Positions 47,072 through 59,400 of a stretch of 64,000 bases of DNA are shown here, one piece after another. A program made the position numbers and the translations under genes. The notes below the pieces were generated by a model, which was given only the letters and a program-made list of their open reading frames with translations, had not been told where the DNA came from and made no database searches. The stretch is taken from the NCBI GenBank assembly GCA_009859145.1, contig VRVR01000004.1, forward strand, positions 212,748 to 276,747. The letters are read 5' to 3'. The stretch's first letter is position 1. Each line of letters begins with the position of its first letter. Source of the DNA: Andalucia godoyi And28. Taxonomy: Eukaryota > Protista > Jakobida.

Positions 47072-47760
47072 GGTCCAAAATGTCACTGCAGAAAAATATA
47101 GAAAAGCAAAAATGCAATACCGTAAGATATGTTCAAAACCTGAGACAGAACAGAAGAAGAAAAAGAACACGAAATCGAAATGGAAATCGAAATCGAAATC
47201 AACGACAACGACCGACGAAGGCAGAAACCTGAAAAACTTGACTTGCATTCGTGCATTTTGTGGATGTTTTTTCTTTCTTTTTTGGCTTTCAACGTGAACT
47301 GCTGCAGTACAACAGATTTTGCTGGTATACCCATTTTGAGACGAAAATGAGCTTTGTCAAACGGACCGTGTGGCACGGTTAACCCGCAACTCGGTGGAAA
47401 CAAGACCTTCACACGTCCCCGGTGCACATGTCGAACGTCGGATCGATCGTGACGGGAACGGTGGTGCGCGACATTTATCTTTAAAAGCGCCGAAGCGTGT
47501 TGGAGTCGGTCCCTCCCTTCCCGGAACTGCGCAACGCAGTCCGGGCAACACTGATCGATGATGCATCGTCAGCGATGACTGTGTGTGATTAATGTACAAT
47601 GGAGGCGTTGGTGCCTTTCCCATTTTGCAGGTTTTTGCTGCAAAACCGCTGAGGAATCCGAGACACGAGAAAGCGCACAAACTCTGAATGAGCAAACGCC
47701 ACGGAATGCATCCAGGTCACCGCAATACACAGGGAAAACGTATGCAAACATATGATCATT

Positions 47761-48264
47761 TTACGAACTGAGAAGTTGCGCAGATTTTGCCTGTAATAAA
47801 TCTTGGAAATCCTTTTGGTCCTGCGTGATCTTTCGTTCGACAGATGCTCGATGTACAGAGAATATGTCGTCAAACGACTTCTTTTCCCTCCGAATTGTCT
47901 CGCATGAAGCTACGGCGTCTCGAAACGACACTGCAACGGTGTCGAACAAAGACAGTGGGGGTACGTTCAGATACTTGATGTCATGAATGGTCTGTTCGAT
48001 GGACTCAAAAGACGACGCGGTGTCTGCATCAGATCGTCGCCGGAATTCAAAAGCTCGAAGAGCATTGTCCGCTGCCTTTGAAAAATGGTCCGAGTGCCGA
48101 TACGAAGAACTATGGATCTGTAAGACTTCTGCAAGCACAGAAGAAAAGTCTATTCGATAGCGAGCGGCCTGTGCAGGCTGCGAGTGCACAGGCTGTGAAG
48201 GCTGTGAAGGTTGTGGAGGTTGTGAAGGCGCTGTCTGCAGAGCAGCCGTTTGTACTTCTGCCAT
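47761..48264 (-). CDS. Probable BLOC-1 subunit 5 (Muted)-like coiled-coil protein
   Basis: IHS...H...........FE.RR, then E.IEQ.IH......VP and a C-terminal H...ER..Q....DL pattern; this recalls Muted from memory only. Confidence 0.5.
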   Translation of the reverse strand: MAEVQTAALQTAPSQPPQPSQPSQPVHSQPAQAARYRIDFSSVLAEVLQIHSSSYRHSDHFSKAADNALRAFEFRRRSDADTASSFESIEQTIHDIKYLNVPPLSLFDTVAVSFRDAVASCETIRREKKSFDDIFSVHRASVERKITQDQKDFQDLLQAKSAQLLSS

Positions 48265-48886
48265 GTTTTCTCTTCTCGTCCTCACCTCCCGTTTGTATTT
48301 TTTGGTGAGAGCGCAAGTGGACTCGAACGCACAGCATTCAGCAGCACGGTGCGTTGTTCTGGATGCAGGCAGCGTTGTGCACCTGAACTTGCTTTGGTTT
48401 GATGATGCTGCATCACTCTCCCGGGATCAAGCCTCAAGCCCTTGTTTTTTCTGCTCAATTTTTTCTCGTTTTTGCCACTGTTCACACAAAATTCCCATAT
48501 TCCTCGTGTCCCCGTCCATTTTTCTCCGTTTCTTCATTCTTGTGTTTTCCGCAAGGACTTTGTAGATCGCGCTACATCCACAGAGCCTGTTCCCAGCATA
48601 TTCTTCTGTTTTAACTTTTCTGATACATCTTCCAGGATCTTATGTTGTTCGAGAAGATAGTCAGGATTAGCTACCGTTGACGCTTTTTCTCACTATCATT
48701 GCGATTTCCCTCTCCCTCTTTCTGTTTTCATTTTTGGTAGATTTCTTTTTCTGAAAGAGAAGAAGATTGCTTGTTGTTTCCCTCTGGGTTTCCTTCTGGG
48801 TTTTGCTTTGGATATTTTCCGTCTCTCCATTCCTCTCTTCTTTCTCGAGCAAGGCGTGTGTTTTCGCAAGTCCTTCATCAACAAGC

Positions 48887-50050
48887 ATGGCTTCCCGCGA
48901 CGTTTCCAGTCTACCAATCGCTCCGCAATTGAGACACAAGCTGATTTCATGCGGGTTCACTTCTACTTCGGATGTTATTGAACAAGGTGTTGCAAATTTA
49001 CGTGCGTCTCTCCAAATATCGGCTTCGGATGCGCGAGGGATTCTCAGAGCTTGTTCAGGCTCCTTCACTCCGTCGTCGGAAGGTGTTTCTGCGTTTGCTC
49101 TCCTTCAGAAACGCCAGTCATTCCAGCCAGTTGTCACGTTTTCTCGGGCACTGGACTTGCTACTCGGTGGTGGGGTTCCCTGCGGATCATTAACTGAATT
49201 TTGTGGTCCGCCTGGAGTTGGAAAGACGCAGCTGGCGATGCAGATCGCCGTCGATACTGTTATCCCAAAGGAGCTTGGTGGGTGTGCAGGATCGGCATTG
49301 TACATTGACACGGAAGGTTCGTTTTCAAAGGAGCGCTTGGCAATGATTGCAGAGGCAATGATCGACTTGGTGAAGGTGAAATGCTCGCACCTCAACACCC
49401 AGTATCCTACGGATCTAAGCGTCGAAAGTGTCTTGGATCGTGTGCAATATTGCCGAGTGCATGACATGACTGAACAGCTGTCCGTGATTTTGTCTCTTCC
49501 ACAGTATCTCGGAAAACACCCTTCGTGTCGCACAATTATCATCGATTCTATTGCGTTCCACTTCCGTCATGATTTCTCCGATCAGCTTGGTCAGCGATCT
49601 CGACTGTTGCAGTCCCTCGCGCAAAGGCTTGCCGATTCTGCAGACAAATTTGGGGTAGCGATTGTGTTGACAAATCAAGTGACGACGAGAATTCGCGGTG
49701 CAGCATCTGTTGTCGCCGCGGCACATCTTTCTCTTGAGGATGGTGCGAGCGGAATTCCGGATGTTGTTCCGGCTCTCGGAGAGTCTTGGGGCCATGCTTG
49801 TACTCACCGAATTTTGCTGGCGAAGGGCCGTGATGGGAAGAGATACGCATCTGTCTACAAAAGTCCGTCTTTGCCGCCGAATCGGATTTGTTTTGCAATC
49901 ACAGATGCTGGAATTCGAGACGATCCGTCGATTCCGTTCGAAGAAATTCCTGATTTAACAATGGCTCCATCATCACCATTGCACACATGTGATTTCTCGT
50001 CTTCTGCCGTTGCGTCATTTTCTGCGTCGAACGAGTCCTCACGCTCCTGA
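48887..50050 (+). CDS. RAD51C: RAD51 paralog C
   Basis: N-terminal RD+.S.PI.P.LR.KL.S.GF, then LD.LLGGG+P....TE.CG.PGVGKTQL.MQ.AVD..IP...GG..G.A.YIDTEGSF, DSIAF.FRHD and LGESWGHA. Confidence 0.93.
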   Translation: MASRDVSSLPIAPQLRHKLISCGFTSTSDVIEQGVANLRASLQISASDARGILRACSGSFTPSSEGVSAFALLQKRQSFQPVVTFSRALDLLLGGGVPCGSLTEFCGPPGVGKTQLAMQIAVDTVIPKELGGCAGSALYIDTEGSFSKERLAMIAEAMIDLVKVKCSHLNTQYPTDLSVESVLDRVQYCRVHDMTEQLSVILSLPQYLGKHPSCRTIIIDSIAFHFRHDFSDQLGQRSRLLQSLAQRLADSADKFGVAIVLTNQVTTRIRGAASVVAAAHLSLEDGASGIPDVVPALGESWGHACTHRILLAKGRDGKRYASVYKSPSLPPNRICFAITDAGIRDDPSIPFEEIPDLTMAPSSPLHTCDFSSSAVASFSASNESSRS

Positions 50051-50231
50051 TCTCGGGTGTTAAACTTGTTTTCGATCTGGTTCTGAGAGAGGAGGGGGCA
50101 TTTCGGTCGCTTCTTGTTTCCCCCTCTCTTCATCCAAAGGTGCGCATCATTTGTTCCGATGCTCGTTAACCAATCCTGTATCTTCTCTTCCTTCTCCTTT
50201 TTACAGCGTCGTCTTCTTGTGCAAGTCCGTA

Positions 50232-51260
50232 TCATTTACTTACCATTACAATCAGTCCACTGGGGAACAGGCCTGCTTGTTCTATCGTCAGCAAGTCGTC
50301 TTGCTCCGACAGCAGGCGCGGCGGAACCACAGTTCGCAAACGGAAAGCCGGCTGATTCGATTTCACTTGAGAGCGCAGCAGTGCGACAGTCGCGTTCTTT
50401 GAAATGCGAATTCGCTGCGAAACCGTGCCATCAGATCCTCGAACATTGACGGTTGCAATGTCCTTTTCATCCATCGCAACGTTCTGCTGTGTAGACGATT
50501 CACCACTGTTTGGCATTGACACCGTGCATTCGTCGATTGTCGGTTCCTTCTTTGGAGCGGGATCCTTCTTCACTTCAACAATTTTCCCATTCTTGATTAC
50601 GGTCCTGGGGAGCCTCCTCAAAAACTGATCTTGTGACAGAACCACACGATCCAAGTCTTCTTGTCCCTGCACAAACCGTTCCGAGGACTTATTCACCACC
50701 TTGAGAAACACTCCTTCTGGGTACTTTTCTTTAAATTCATACGGAAAATACCCATCGAACAGATCCTTCAAGAACTGCTGCGCCAAAGGCCATGAATACG
50801 GACGGAACGGGCCACGATTGACTGAAATTCCATTCGAGAAAAACGCAACAATGACTTCGTCGTTGTCAATAAATTTACCCTTCCGAGCATCGAGTTCATT
50901 CTTGGACGGCGCCATTGCGTTGAGTTCGTCAATGTTCTTCAGTATTCTCGGAAGATGAGAAGCATTAATCTCAACCACGGAAACGGAGTCTGCGCTGTCT
51001 TCCCCGGAGTCTGCACTGGCGTCCTCTTCGAGACCAGGAGGAGGCCACGACAATCCGCGCTTTGACATGTATGCCTTCATCTCCGCATTTTCCATTTCAA
51101 GCTTCTTCAGTCTTTGTGCCATCGATGCTAAGAGATCTGCATTTGCCGTATCCGCAGAACTGCTGCCCCCAGTTTTGCGAAGTCCCCGGTTGAGCCCATT
51201 TCCCGTAAGGCGATTGCGATCATCTCTCAAGTCACGGAGAATACTGGACGGAACACTCAT
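50232..51260 (-). CDS. UBXN11: UBXN11-like protein (coiled coil, SEP and UBX-like domains)
   Basis: SEP motif FFSNGI.V..GPFRPY....Q.FL.DL.DGYFP.E....YP.GV and a C-terminal UBX-like LRT..P...AGL.PSG. First ATG at 51260. Confidence 0.8.
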   Translation of the reverse strand: MSVPSSILRDLRDDRNRLTGNGLNRGLRKTGGSSSADTANADLLASMAQRLKKLEMENAEMKAYMSKRGLSWPPPGLEEDASADSGEDSADSVSVVEINASHLPRILKNIDELNAMAPSKNELDARKGKFIDNDEVIVAFFSNGISVNRGPFRPYSWPLAQQFLKDLFDGYFPYEFKEKYPEGVFLKVVNKSSERFVQGQEDLDRVVLSQDQFLRRLPRTVIKNGKIVEVKKDPAPKKEPTIDECTVSMPNSGESSTQQNVAMDEKDIATVNVRGSDGTVSQRIRISKNATVALLRSQVKSNQPAFRLRTVVPPRLLSEQDDLLTIEQAGLFPSGLIVMVSK

Positions 51261-51702
51261 TTCTACTTTTACTCCGTCTATCACAGCACTGGTTCCTGTA
51301 TTTTGACACTTCAGATGCAAAGATACGCAGATACGCAGACGCTACGGAAACATACAGTGAAATAACAAAGCAAAAAAGCAAAAAAACAAAAAAACAAAAA
51401 AACAAAACAAAAACAAAAATTATTATAATGAAATGCTTTTTTGGAGCAACGAACCAGAGGAAGATTCGGAGTTTCCAAGCATGCATTTCTAACGTCCCCA
51501 GTCGAGATTCGAGAAATTCGAGGTACCATCAATGCCTCACGCGCGCCGTAAAATGTTTCATTAATCGAGTCGCAAGAAAAGTTTCAGAGGATTGTTCGTC
51601 ATCTCTCTTGGATTTCCTTCGCGACTCGCTAACGAAGCAGAACTGCAGGTACTTGTATTTTATTTGCGATTTATTATTCTGTCACGCAAGGTATCGAAGA
51701 CA

Positions 51703-54700
51703 ATGGACGCCAAATCTCCTGTGTCTTTGGAAATTCTGTTTGTTCCACGGTCTGTCCGTGCGTGTCTTAGCGTGCCTGGTAATACGACACTGTCAAATAT
51801 CAAAGTACGTTTCCGCACACTTCTTGAATATCCTTATTAGTTTTTTAAATTTTGATTTCTACGCAGAATCTAACAATGCATTGCTTTCTTCGCTGTTGTT
51901 TTCTCTCCCCCAAAATTTCAGTCCAAAATCTTCTCTTCTGAAACTGGTTTGGCGGGCCTAGTGAGTGATGCTTTCAAGCTTGGAATTTCAGAGGATTCTG
52001 GATTTGACGTCGAGTTCTTGCCCATCAAGAAGACATTGCAGATGGCGTTCAAAGAATCCTTTGAGGAGGGAAAAATTTACGTGTTGTACATCATCCCACG
52101 TGACAAGTCTTTTCGCGTCGCTCCCGTACAGACATGTTCAAGCGATGCAAAGACAGCGGCGGCGGCTACACAAATTCCAACTCCGAAAGCAGCAGCAGCA
52201 GCAGCAGCAGCGGCGGCGGCGGCTGCTGCTCCAGCAGCGACTACTGCAGGAAATAAGCCCTTTGCAGAGGGGAATGCACAGAATGGGAATGATCTGAAGT
52301 TTCCAGTAACTCCGGAGGAACGCGCCAGAAACATTGAAAAGGATATCCGCTCTCTTATTGGGGATCCATCCACATGGTGTTCTAAATCGCCGGAAGTGAA
52401 GCATTTTCGAGAGTCCATGCGCACGCTTGCTTTAGAAGACAAGAAGGATGCGAACATCGATGTGGACCAAGCTGTTTCGCAGCCGTTGAACCTTCCGACG
52501 TACATCTCTTCTGATCAAATACCGGAAGAACAGCTGGCTACTTTGGTTGCGAAAGTGCATTTCACAGACGACATGTCAAGGTCATTCAAAATCGATGTGT
52601 CGATGACCGCAGATGAGTACATTGCTCATGTGCTGAAACGCGTTTCCAACGTTCACTCGTCTTTGGAGCCGAGCGAGTACATTTTCAAAGCAACGGGACT
52701 CGCGGAATACATTTATGGAAATCACCAATTGTTCCAGTTTGACTACATCAAGACATGCGCGAAGAAGAAGCAGTTTGTTGAATTAAGTTTGACAGCGAAG
52801 GAGTCTGTTCGTAAGGCAACTGCGGAATCCAAAACTCGTGGCATCTCTTTTCCGAAGGGCCAGCGAACAATTTTTTTGCATCGCGACTTGACTTACAATT
52901 CTCCAAACTTCCCTTTTGCCAGTCATTTGTCCATCTGGGATCTCAAGTGCCCTCTACGCTTCCGTGTCTGCAGCTGCGAGAATCTGGCATTTTCAGAGAC
53001 GGTGCAGCAGCTTCTCAACAAGTCGTCCACTGACGAAGTTTCCTTGTACGTAACTGCCGATCTTTGTCTTGGAGGAGAAAAGATTGCGACATCAATGATA
53101 TCCCATCTTGTCTCATTTGATCCGTCTCCACGCTGGAATGTGTGGCTGGAGTGCCCCGACATGCCCTTGTGCAACATTCCCGAAGCCACGATTTTGTGTA
53201 TCACGATTTGGGCGCGTGCTTTCAGGAAAGACGATCAGGAACTCTACAAACCTAACAACTACAAGGTTGATCCGCGTGTCATATCTCGCGACGCTCCCAT
53301 TGGATGGGTGAACGTCCAACTTGTCGAGTACAATGAGTGCTTTCGAGAGGGTCGAGCGACTCTTAACCTGTGGCCCGATGAGCGTGCAAATCCCATTGGT
53401 ACATGCGTCGGAAACATTGGCTCAGAAACTGCGGCATCCGTTACCATCGAATTCCCGAAATTTTCCCGACCGGTTGTGTTTCCTTCTGATGAACCGCCGT
53501 TTGCAGCTTCCGCCGCAGCCGAAAAGACCACGGCTGAAGAAGGAGAAGAGATTGACGTCATTCTTGCAAAAGATCCGCTGTACATCTTGTCTGCGGAAGA
53601 CAAGATGCTGCTCTGGAAGCATCGCAATTACTGCCGCAGGAATCCCAAGGGGCTTGCAAAGTTTATGGCGGCCGTACCGTGGAATGACCCCGCTGCGGTC
53701 TACGAAGCACGAATGCTCCTCAATCAGTGGGCCCACGGAGATCCGATAGATGCGCTGGCGCTTTTGGACGCACAGCATGCGGATCCATATGTCCGTGAGT
53801 ATGCAGTGGAAAGACTTGAGGATTTGCCTGACGAAAAGCTGCAGGACCTGATTCTCCAGCTTTCTCAAGTTCTGAAGTATGAAGCGCATCATGACAGTTC
53901 CTTGGTGCGATATTTGTTGCGCCGCGCACTGCGGACACCGCATATCATTGGGCATATTCTGTTCTGGCAATTGAAGGCGGAGATGCATGTTGCGCACGTC
54001 GCCGAGCGGTTTGGATTGATCCTAGAAGAATATCTGCGAAACTGCGGGGATCATTTGGAGGAGCTCAGAAAGCAAAGCTATGTGCTGGATAAGCTGTTGG
54101 AGGTGGCCTACAAAATCAAGTCTGAAGGAAAATCGGTGGCCGAAAAAGTAGGAATTCTCCGCGAGACGTTGCAGAACATCGAATTTCCGACGACGTTCAA
54201 AATACCTTTGAATCCTCGTCTTGAATGCAAGGGACTGATTGCGGAGAAATGCAAGGTCATGGATTCGAAGAAACTTCCGCTGTGGTTGGTTTTTCAGAAT
54301 GCAGATCCCGCAGGCAGTAACATCATGGTCATCTTTAAAGCGGGGGATGATCTGCGACAGGATCAGCTCACTCTGCAAATGCTCCGTGTCATGGACAAAA
54401 TCTGGAAAGAGAACGTTCTTCCTCTGCATCTCATCCCTTACGGGTGCGTTTCCACTGGTGATGGATGCGGTTTTATTGAAATCGTTCCCGACGCGGAAAC
54501 TACTGCGTCCATCACCAAGGCTGCTGGTGGTGCTCGTGCTGCTTTCAAAGACGATCCTATAGCAAATTGGCTCAGGAAGTACAATCGATCGGACGCTGAG
54601 TATGCAAAATCGGTTTCCAATTTCGTGGACTCCTGCTCTGCATACTGTGTTGCTACTTACGTTCTCGGCATCGGCGATCGCCACAATGATAACATCATGG

Positions 54701-55116
54701 TTCAAAAATCCGGAAACCTTTTCCACATTGACTTTGGCCATTTTCTTGGAAATTACAAAACGTTTGCAGGGTGGAAGCGAGAGACTGCTCCGTTTGTCTT
54801 CACTCCGGATTTTTGCCATGTCATGGGTGGCCAAGGCAGTGAAGACTACAAGCGCTTTGTTGCGCAGTGTTGCCAAGGATACAATGTTCTGCGAGCAAAA
54901 GGCGACATGTTCATCAACCTTTTCAAACTAATGCTGAGCACGGGAATTCCGGAACTTCGATCGGGATCGGATATCGAGTACATGCGAAATCGTCTCCTAC
55001 TGGGTCAGAGCGATGACGCAGGGGCCGCTCACTTTGAACAGGAAATTGTCACTTCGCTAAAGAACAAGCGATTGCAGATCAACAACATGATTCACATCAT
55101 GGCGCATCCAAAATAA
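51703..55116 (+). CDS. Class I phosphatidylinositol 3-kinase (ubiquitin-like, Ras-binding, C2, helical and kinase domains); 2 exons (51703-51804, 51922-55116)
   Basis: Motifs MDSKKLPLWL, IFKAGDDLRQDQL.LQM, LGIGDRHNDNIM and HIDFGHFLGN, plus RBD and C2 segments. Intron 51805-51921 (GTACGT, TCTAAC, CAG) joins in frame. Confidence 0.94.
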
Positions 55117-55137
55117 CATTATGGACCACGGCATCAG

Positions 55138-56199
55138 TTATTTCTGTGAGAATCGGAATGAATCTTCGGGCCACATGGAGAGATGGATCGATTTTTCAAT
55201 TTCCGTTGCGTATTCTGCCCTCTGCACGAGAAAATTGGTTTCAGGGGTGTGTACCTCACAATGCTCTGCTTCCACGAAGCAAATCTGTTTCTGAGTCAGT
55301 AGCACATGGTTTTTTGCGTGCATTGTGTATGTAGCCAATGGAGAGGGCAGCTCGATTTCCAAGATTGGCGCATCGAACGTCGTCGAGAACATGATCAGTT
55401 GTTTGTTGTTTCTTGCGATGACCATCACGAGATTGCATCTTAATGGAATGATCGTGGTTGCTTCGTCGACAACGACGACATGATGTAAACGATGCACCCG
55501 ACTTGCGTGTCTAGGTCCTTTCATGTCCACCACGAGCATATTGCCGCTTTCAGAGAGAACGTAAAGGAAACGACCACTCCAGCAAGCCATTGCTGTAACG
55601 GGCCCAACCTCATCGGATCTCGCAACCATCGAGAGAAGGCTAAACCCTACAGCCAAGGAACCGTCTTGCATGTCAAATGTACACACGTCGCAATTTCGAC
55701 AACAAACATACAGCTGATGCGGCGTTCCACTCGGACACACGGACACAGCCCCATGAGGAAGTAACAGCGTGGGGGAACTGCTCGTCCATAAATCACCAAC
55801 TCTTTTCCAACATGAAATCACAGCGCCAAAGCAACATATGACACCAGAAATGGGATCAAGATGCAGATGCATTGGGATGGAAAGAAACGAAAGAGAAACT
55901 GTCTTCAAGGACGACAACTCGAGAATGTGGACCGCGCCTCTTTCTGCAACGCAAAGTACGTCTCCGAACTCATCAAAAGAGCATCCTTGAAGCAAACACG
56001 GTCCGGAAAGCGTGATGGAACATAAAGGATCTTCGGACTGTGAAACAAGTGTGAAGAAGTCCTCTGGACATCCTAGCGTCGCGCTCAAAGTTCGGAACAC
56101 ATTCACGCGATAAGGACAGATATGTGAAGTTGCGACAAACGAATGGCCGCGCACTTCACGAGAGTCCCAGATCGACACATCTTGCAAAGCTGAAGTCAT
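55138..56199 (-). CDS. Hypothetical protein, possibly a divergent beta-propeller
   Basis: ATG at 56199; repeated short hydrophobic beta-strands with D/G turns. Confidence 0.6.
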   Translation of the reverse strand: MTSALQDVSIWDSREVRGHSFVATSHICPYRVNVFRTLSATLGCPEDFFTLVSQSEDPLCSITLSGPCLLQGCSFDEFGDVLCVAERGAVHILELSSLKTVSLSFLSIPMHLHLDPISGVICCFGAVISCWKRVGDLWTSSSPTLLLPHGAVSVCPSGTPHQLYVCCRNCDVCTFDMQDGSLAVGFSLLSMVARSDEVGPVTAMACWSGRFLYVLSESGNMLVVDMKGPRHASRVHRLHHVVVVDEATTIIPLRCNLVMVIARNNKQLIMFSTTFDAPILEIELPSPLATYTMHAKNHVLLTQKQICFVEAEHCEVHTPETNFLVQRAEYATEIEKSIHLSMWPEDSFRFSQK

Positions 56200-56491
56200 T
56201 TGTCCCTTGCCACGGCGATCGAACTTTTTTCCAACCAGCAAACAAAAATATATATAAAATAAATAAATAAAAATAAATGTCAAAAAACGTCCTCGGCGAA
56301 TGAAACGAAGCGACTGACAAGTGCATGAAAGTCCGAGCGCCAGCGACTTTTATCACCTTTTTTGGATTAAACGCGCCGAAGAAAATAAATGCATGAATCA
56401 AAGAGTGAAAAAGCCTTTGCGATTTGAGAAGACTCGTGTCTTTTTCTTTTTTTTCTCTTTCCAGCAGTTAACAAAAAGAGGGGTATATTTG

Positions 56492-59400
56492 ATGCTTTCA
56501 CCGATGTATGAAAAACAGACTCTTACGTACCGAGTAGGGGAAACCGATTGGCCATTGACTCGTTCTCGGAATGGTTACGAGTCTGCGTCGTTGGTGTCGA
56601 AAGTTTTCTTTTGGTATCTGAATCGACTCATTCTGTTTGGACACCGAACTGAAATTCTTTCTGAAGACCTGTGGATTCCGTTGAAGAACGACGATCCAGA
56701 GGCAGTGAACAGATTGATCGAAAAGGAATGGCAGATGGAGAAGAAGCAGGATTCGAGAAAACCGAATTTGTGGTATGCGTTCATGCGGCTCGACCGAGGC
56801 GATGTTGCGTTATCCATCCTCTTGAGCTTGTGCGGCTCTGCAGCTTCTTTTGGATATCCAGTGCTGATCGATTTATTTATTCAGTGGATGGCAAGCAGTC
56901 GGGACAACCGAGATGGCTGGATTCTTGTCGCATGTTTTTTCATTCTCCCTGTCCTGATCAACATGTTTCAAAGTCACTCGTTCTTGCTGGTGTCTCGTGC
57001 TGGACTGAGATGTCGGACTGCTGCTCAAGGACTAGTATTTCGAAAAACGCTTAGCATCTCTCAGTGGAGCAGAGCAGACTCCTCTACCGGTGAGATTACG
57101 AATCTCATGAGCTCCGATGCGCAGAAAGTGATGGACGCGTTGCTCAACCTACCTGGAATGTACGGAGGGATCGCACAAATCATCGCGGCGCTGGTCTTGT
57201 TGTACCTGTACCTGGGTCCTGCCATGTTCATCGGACTCTTAGCGATCTTGTTGATTATTCCGTTATCTGCCGTTCTTGCCGTTAGAATGACTGCCCACTA
57301 CACGGCACGATTGAAGATTTCCGACCTTCGTGCAAAGCTCATGTCGGAAATAATCTTTGCCATTCGAATATTGAAGTACTATGCATGGGAGGAGAAGTTT
57401 GCAGATTCCGTTTCTTCTGTGCGAGCCGAAGAATTGCGCAAGCTGCGGCAAGTGTTTACACAGCGTGTTCTGATGAAGGCATTGATTTTTGTTTCTCCCG
57501 TCGTTGTGTCCCTTGCAACATTCCTGGCGTATTCTGGATTTGGAAATGCGATGGATGCAAACACGGTTTTTACTGCACTGTCCCTTCTCAACTTACTTCG
57601 CTGGCCGTTAGTCTTTCTTCCCGCAAACGTCGTTGCGCTTATCCAAGGAAGAACGTCTACCGGAAGAATACAAGCATTCTTGTCACGCGACGACGTCCAA
57701 AACTGTGCGTTGGATGTCCAAGACCCGTGCAATCAAGTGGAGTTTCATGATGCTTCTTTTAGCTGGAGACCACACATCGCATCTTCAGTGGGAAGGAGAA
57801 TCGTTTCCGATAATGGCGGTTCCTCTGGGCCGTTGTCGCCGACCGCCAACATGCAAATTCGACGAATTTCACTTACGATTCCCGCAGGTCAACATGTGGC
57901 GCTCGTGGGAAAAGTGGGTTCTGGAAAGAGTTCGCTATTGCAGGCCATTCTCGGGGAGCTCAAGTTGGGCGGCGGCGATTGCAGAATCAGAAAGGGCAGC
58001 AAGATCGCCTATGTCAGCCAGGAGTCCTGGATTCGTAACCAAACTTTGAAGGAAAATATTCTCTTTGGTGCAGAGTTGGATTGCGAATTCTATCAGAAGG
58101 TCTTGGATGCTTGCGCGTTGTCAGAGGATTTGTTATCGCTTCCTGCAGGAGATGACACGGAAATTGGAGAGAAAGGAATAAATCTTTCCGGCGGTCAGAA
58201 GGCCAGGGTTTCGCTGGCGCGAGCGTGCTACGCGTCTCGTTCTGCCGATTTATTCTTGCTGGACGATCCATTGGCCGCTGTTGACGCCCATGTCGGCCGC
58301 CACATATTCGAGGAAGTGATATGCGGCCTTCTTCGATCAAAGACGGTCATTCTCGTTACACAACACGTGTACCCCCTTCGAGCCATGGACAGGATTGTTG
58401 TGCTTGAGAATGGAGGGGTTTCCTTTGATGGTTCCCTGCAATCGATCGCGGCTCAGGGATTTTCCATGATTGGTCTCACTGTTGAGTCAAATGTTGTGAG
58501 TGAGAAGGACGTCGAGGTGTCCGCCCAGCAGACTCTTCTGGCCAATTCCTACAGGAGCCCCGTGCCCTCGTTCGTTGACGATAAGAGTGATGTAGATGCC
58601 GCAGACATGCAGCTGCGCGGGAAACGAATTTCTCGAGGCAATGCCACTGCTGAAGAGAAGGCTCGATCAACGTTAGTACTTGAGGAAAGCCGCGCCTCTG
58701 GAATGTCTGGTCGAGTGGTTCTCTGGCGCTATGTACAAGCCGCCGGCGGAGTGTTAGCGCTTTGTGTTTTTGTTCCTCTTGCAATCTTGGCCCAAGCGGC
58801 ATTCAATATGACAGACGTCTGGCTATCGTTTTGGACAAACAATCAATTTGGTGAGCAATCATTCGCGTTCTACGCTGGGATTTACGCAGGGATCTCTGTT
58901 GGTGCGACAATTCTAATTTGGATTCGAGGTCAAGTGTATTGCTTGTATGTCATTGTGGCATGCAAGAAACTGCACAACCTGTGCCTGCGTCGGGTCATAC
59001 GTTTTCCGGTGGTCTTCTTCGACACGACTCCAACCGGACGAATTATGAACAGGTTTTCCAAAGATATGTCAGATGTTGACGATACATTTCCTGACCTCGT
59101 CGAGAATCTTGCAGTTATTTTCTTGTGGCAATTAGGTTCCTTGGCTGTCGTCGCAGCGATTATCCCTCTATTTGTAGTGGCCATTCCTCCCATGGTTCTT
59201 CTGTACTATGGCATTCAAAGATTCTACATCTCGACCTGTCGACAGCTTCGACGGTGGGATGCCGTTCTTCGTTCCCCTATTATTTCTCACTTTGCAGAAA
59301 CATTGCAAGGTGTCGACGTCATTCGAGCGTTTGGCAAAGCAGACTCTGTTGTTCTCCAAGAACACTGGTTGCTGTCACGAAAACATCTTCCTGCCTCGTC

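Noticed and set aside
47400-47415. GAAGGUCU on the minus strand resembling RNase P/MRP CR-I
   Set aside because: No complementary CR-V segment was found to form helix P4.
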